32,404 nt of DNA from Myxococcales bacterium (lineage in GTDB: Bacteria > Myxococcota > Myxococcia > Myxococcales > Anaeromyxobacteraceae): the NCBI GenBank assembly GCA_038320275.1, contig JBBQEB010000022.1:1-32404 (forward strand). The letters run 5' to 3'. Positions 32,264 to 32,404 of this stretch are shown here, one piece after another; within the stretch, counting starts at the first letter, position 1; every line of letters begins with the position of its first letter. Made by a program: the position numbers and the translations under genes. The notes under the pieces are model-generated. The model was given only the letters and a program-made list of their open reading frames with translations, did no database searches and was not told the origin of the DNA.

Positions 32264-32404
32264 AGGGTGTGGATCCCATGCTGAGCAGGTGTCGGAGATT
32301 TCACTACTGAGCTGGCAGGAGGTTGAACACGGGGCAGAGCCGTGCCATCGGAGGGTTGTTCGGACTCTCTCGGTGGAGGATGCCCCGTGGCGGAGATGGT
32401 GATC
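32264..32404 (+). mobile_element. Right copy of the 141-bp repeat; probable IS left end with the start of an outward-running ORF
   Basis: Exact reverse complement of 1-141. TTGAAC (32323-32328), GGAGG (32375-32379) and GTG GCG GAG ATG GTG ATC running off the end. No transposase visible. Confidence 0.55.

Noticed and set aside
32264..32404. Assignment to IS110 (bridge-RNA) or another specific IS family
   Set aside because: Only six codons of the ORF are visible. The two flanks (CCTCGAGG versus CGGGCGCA) show no shared target sequence, and the other end of the element is absent.

Overview
Very GC-rich bacterial chromosomal segment. Gene content and order suggest Myxococcota (Anaeromyxobacter-like); this is an inference. 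Core content: a glnB-ntrB-ntrC-glnA nitrogen cluster with two sigma54 promoters and tandem NtrC-type boxes; an alpha/beta hydrolase and a MORN/YwqK-like protein; an OMP-lipoprotein-pyk-M24 peptidase-NUDIX/MBL fusion run; mpg plus an atypical RlmN-family enzyme; two ECF sigma/zinc anti-sigma modules; HPF-like-DUF47-Pit; a DUF4175-TPR/metallopeptidase-MoxR-DUF58-BatA/VWA operon; and a GT-C-like membrane protein. Bases 1-141 are the exact reverse complement of 32264-32404. This is probably the same end of a multicopy IS-like element flanking the segment in inverted orientation, clipped at an assembler k-mer length. The left copy lies next to a vapBC module and the right copy truncates a PemK/MazF-like gene. 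Several genes have a TAnnnT-like box 6-8 nt before an SD-less start codon, suggesting frequent leaderless transcription. No rRNA, tRNA or CRISPR array was seen.
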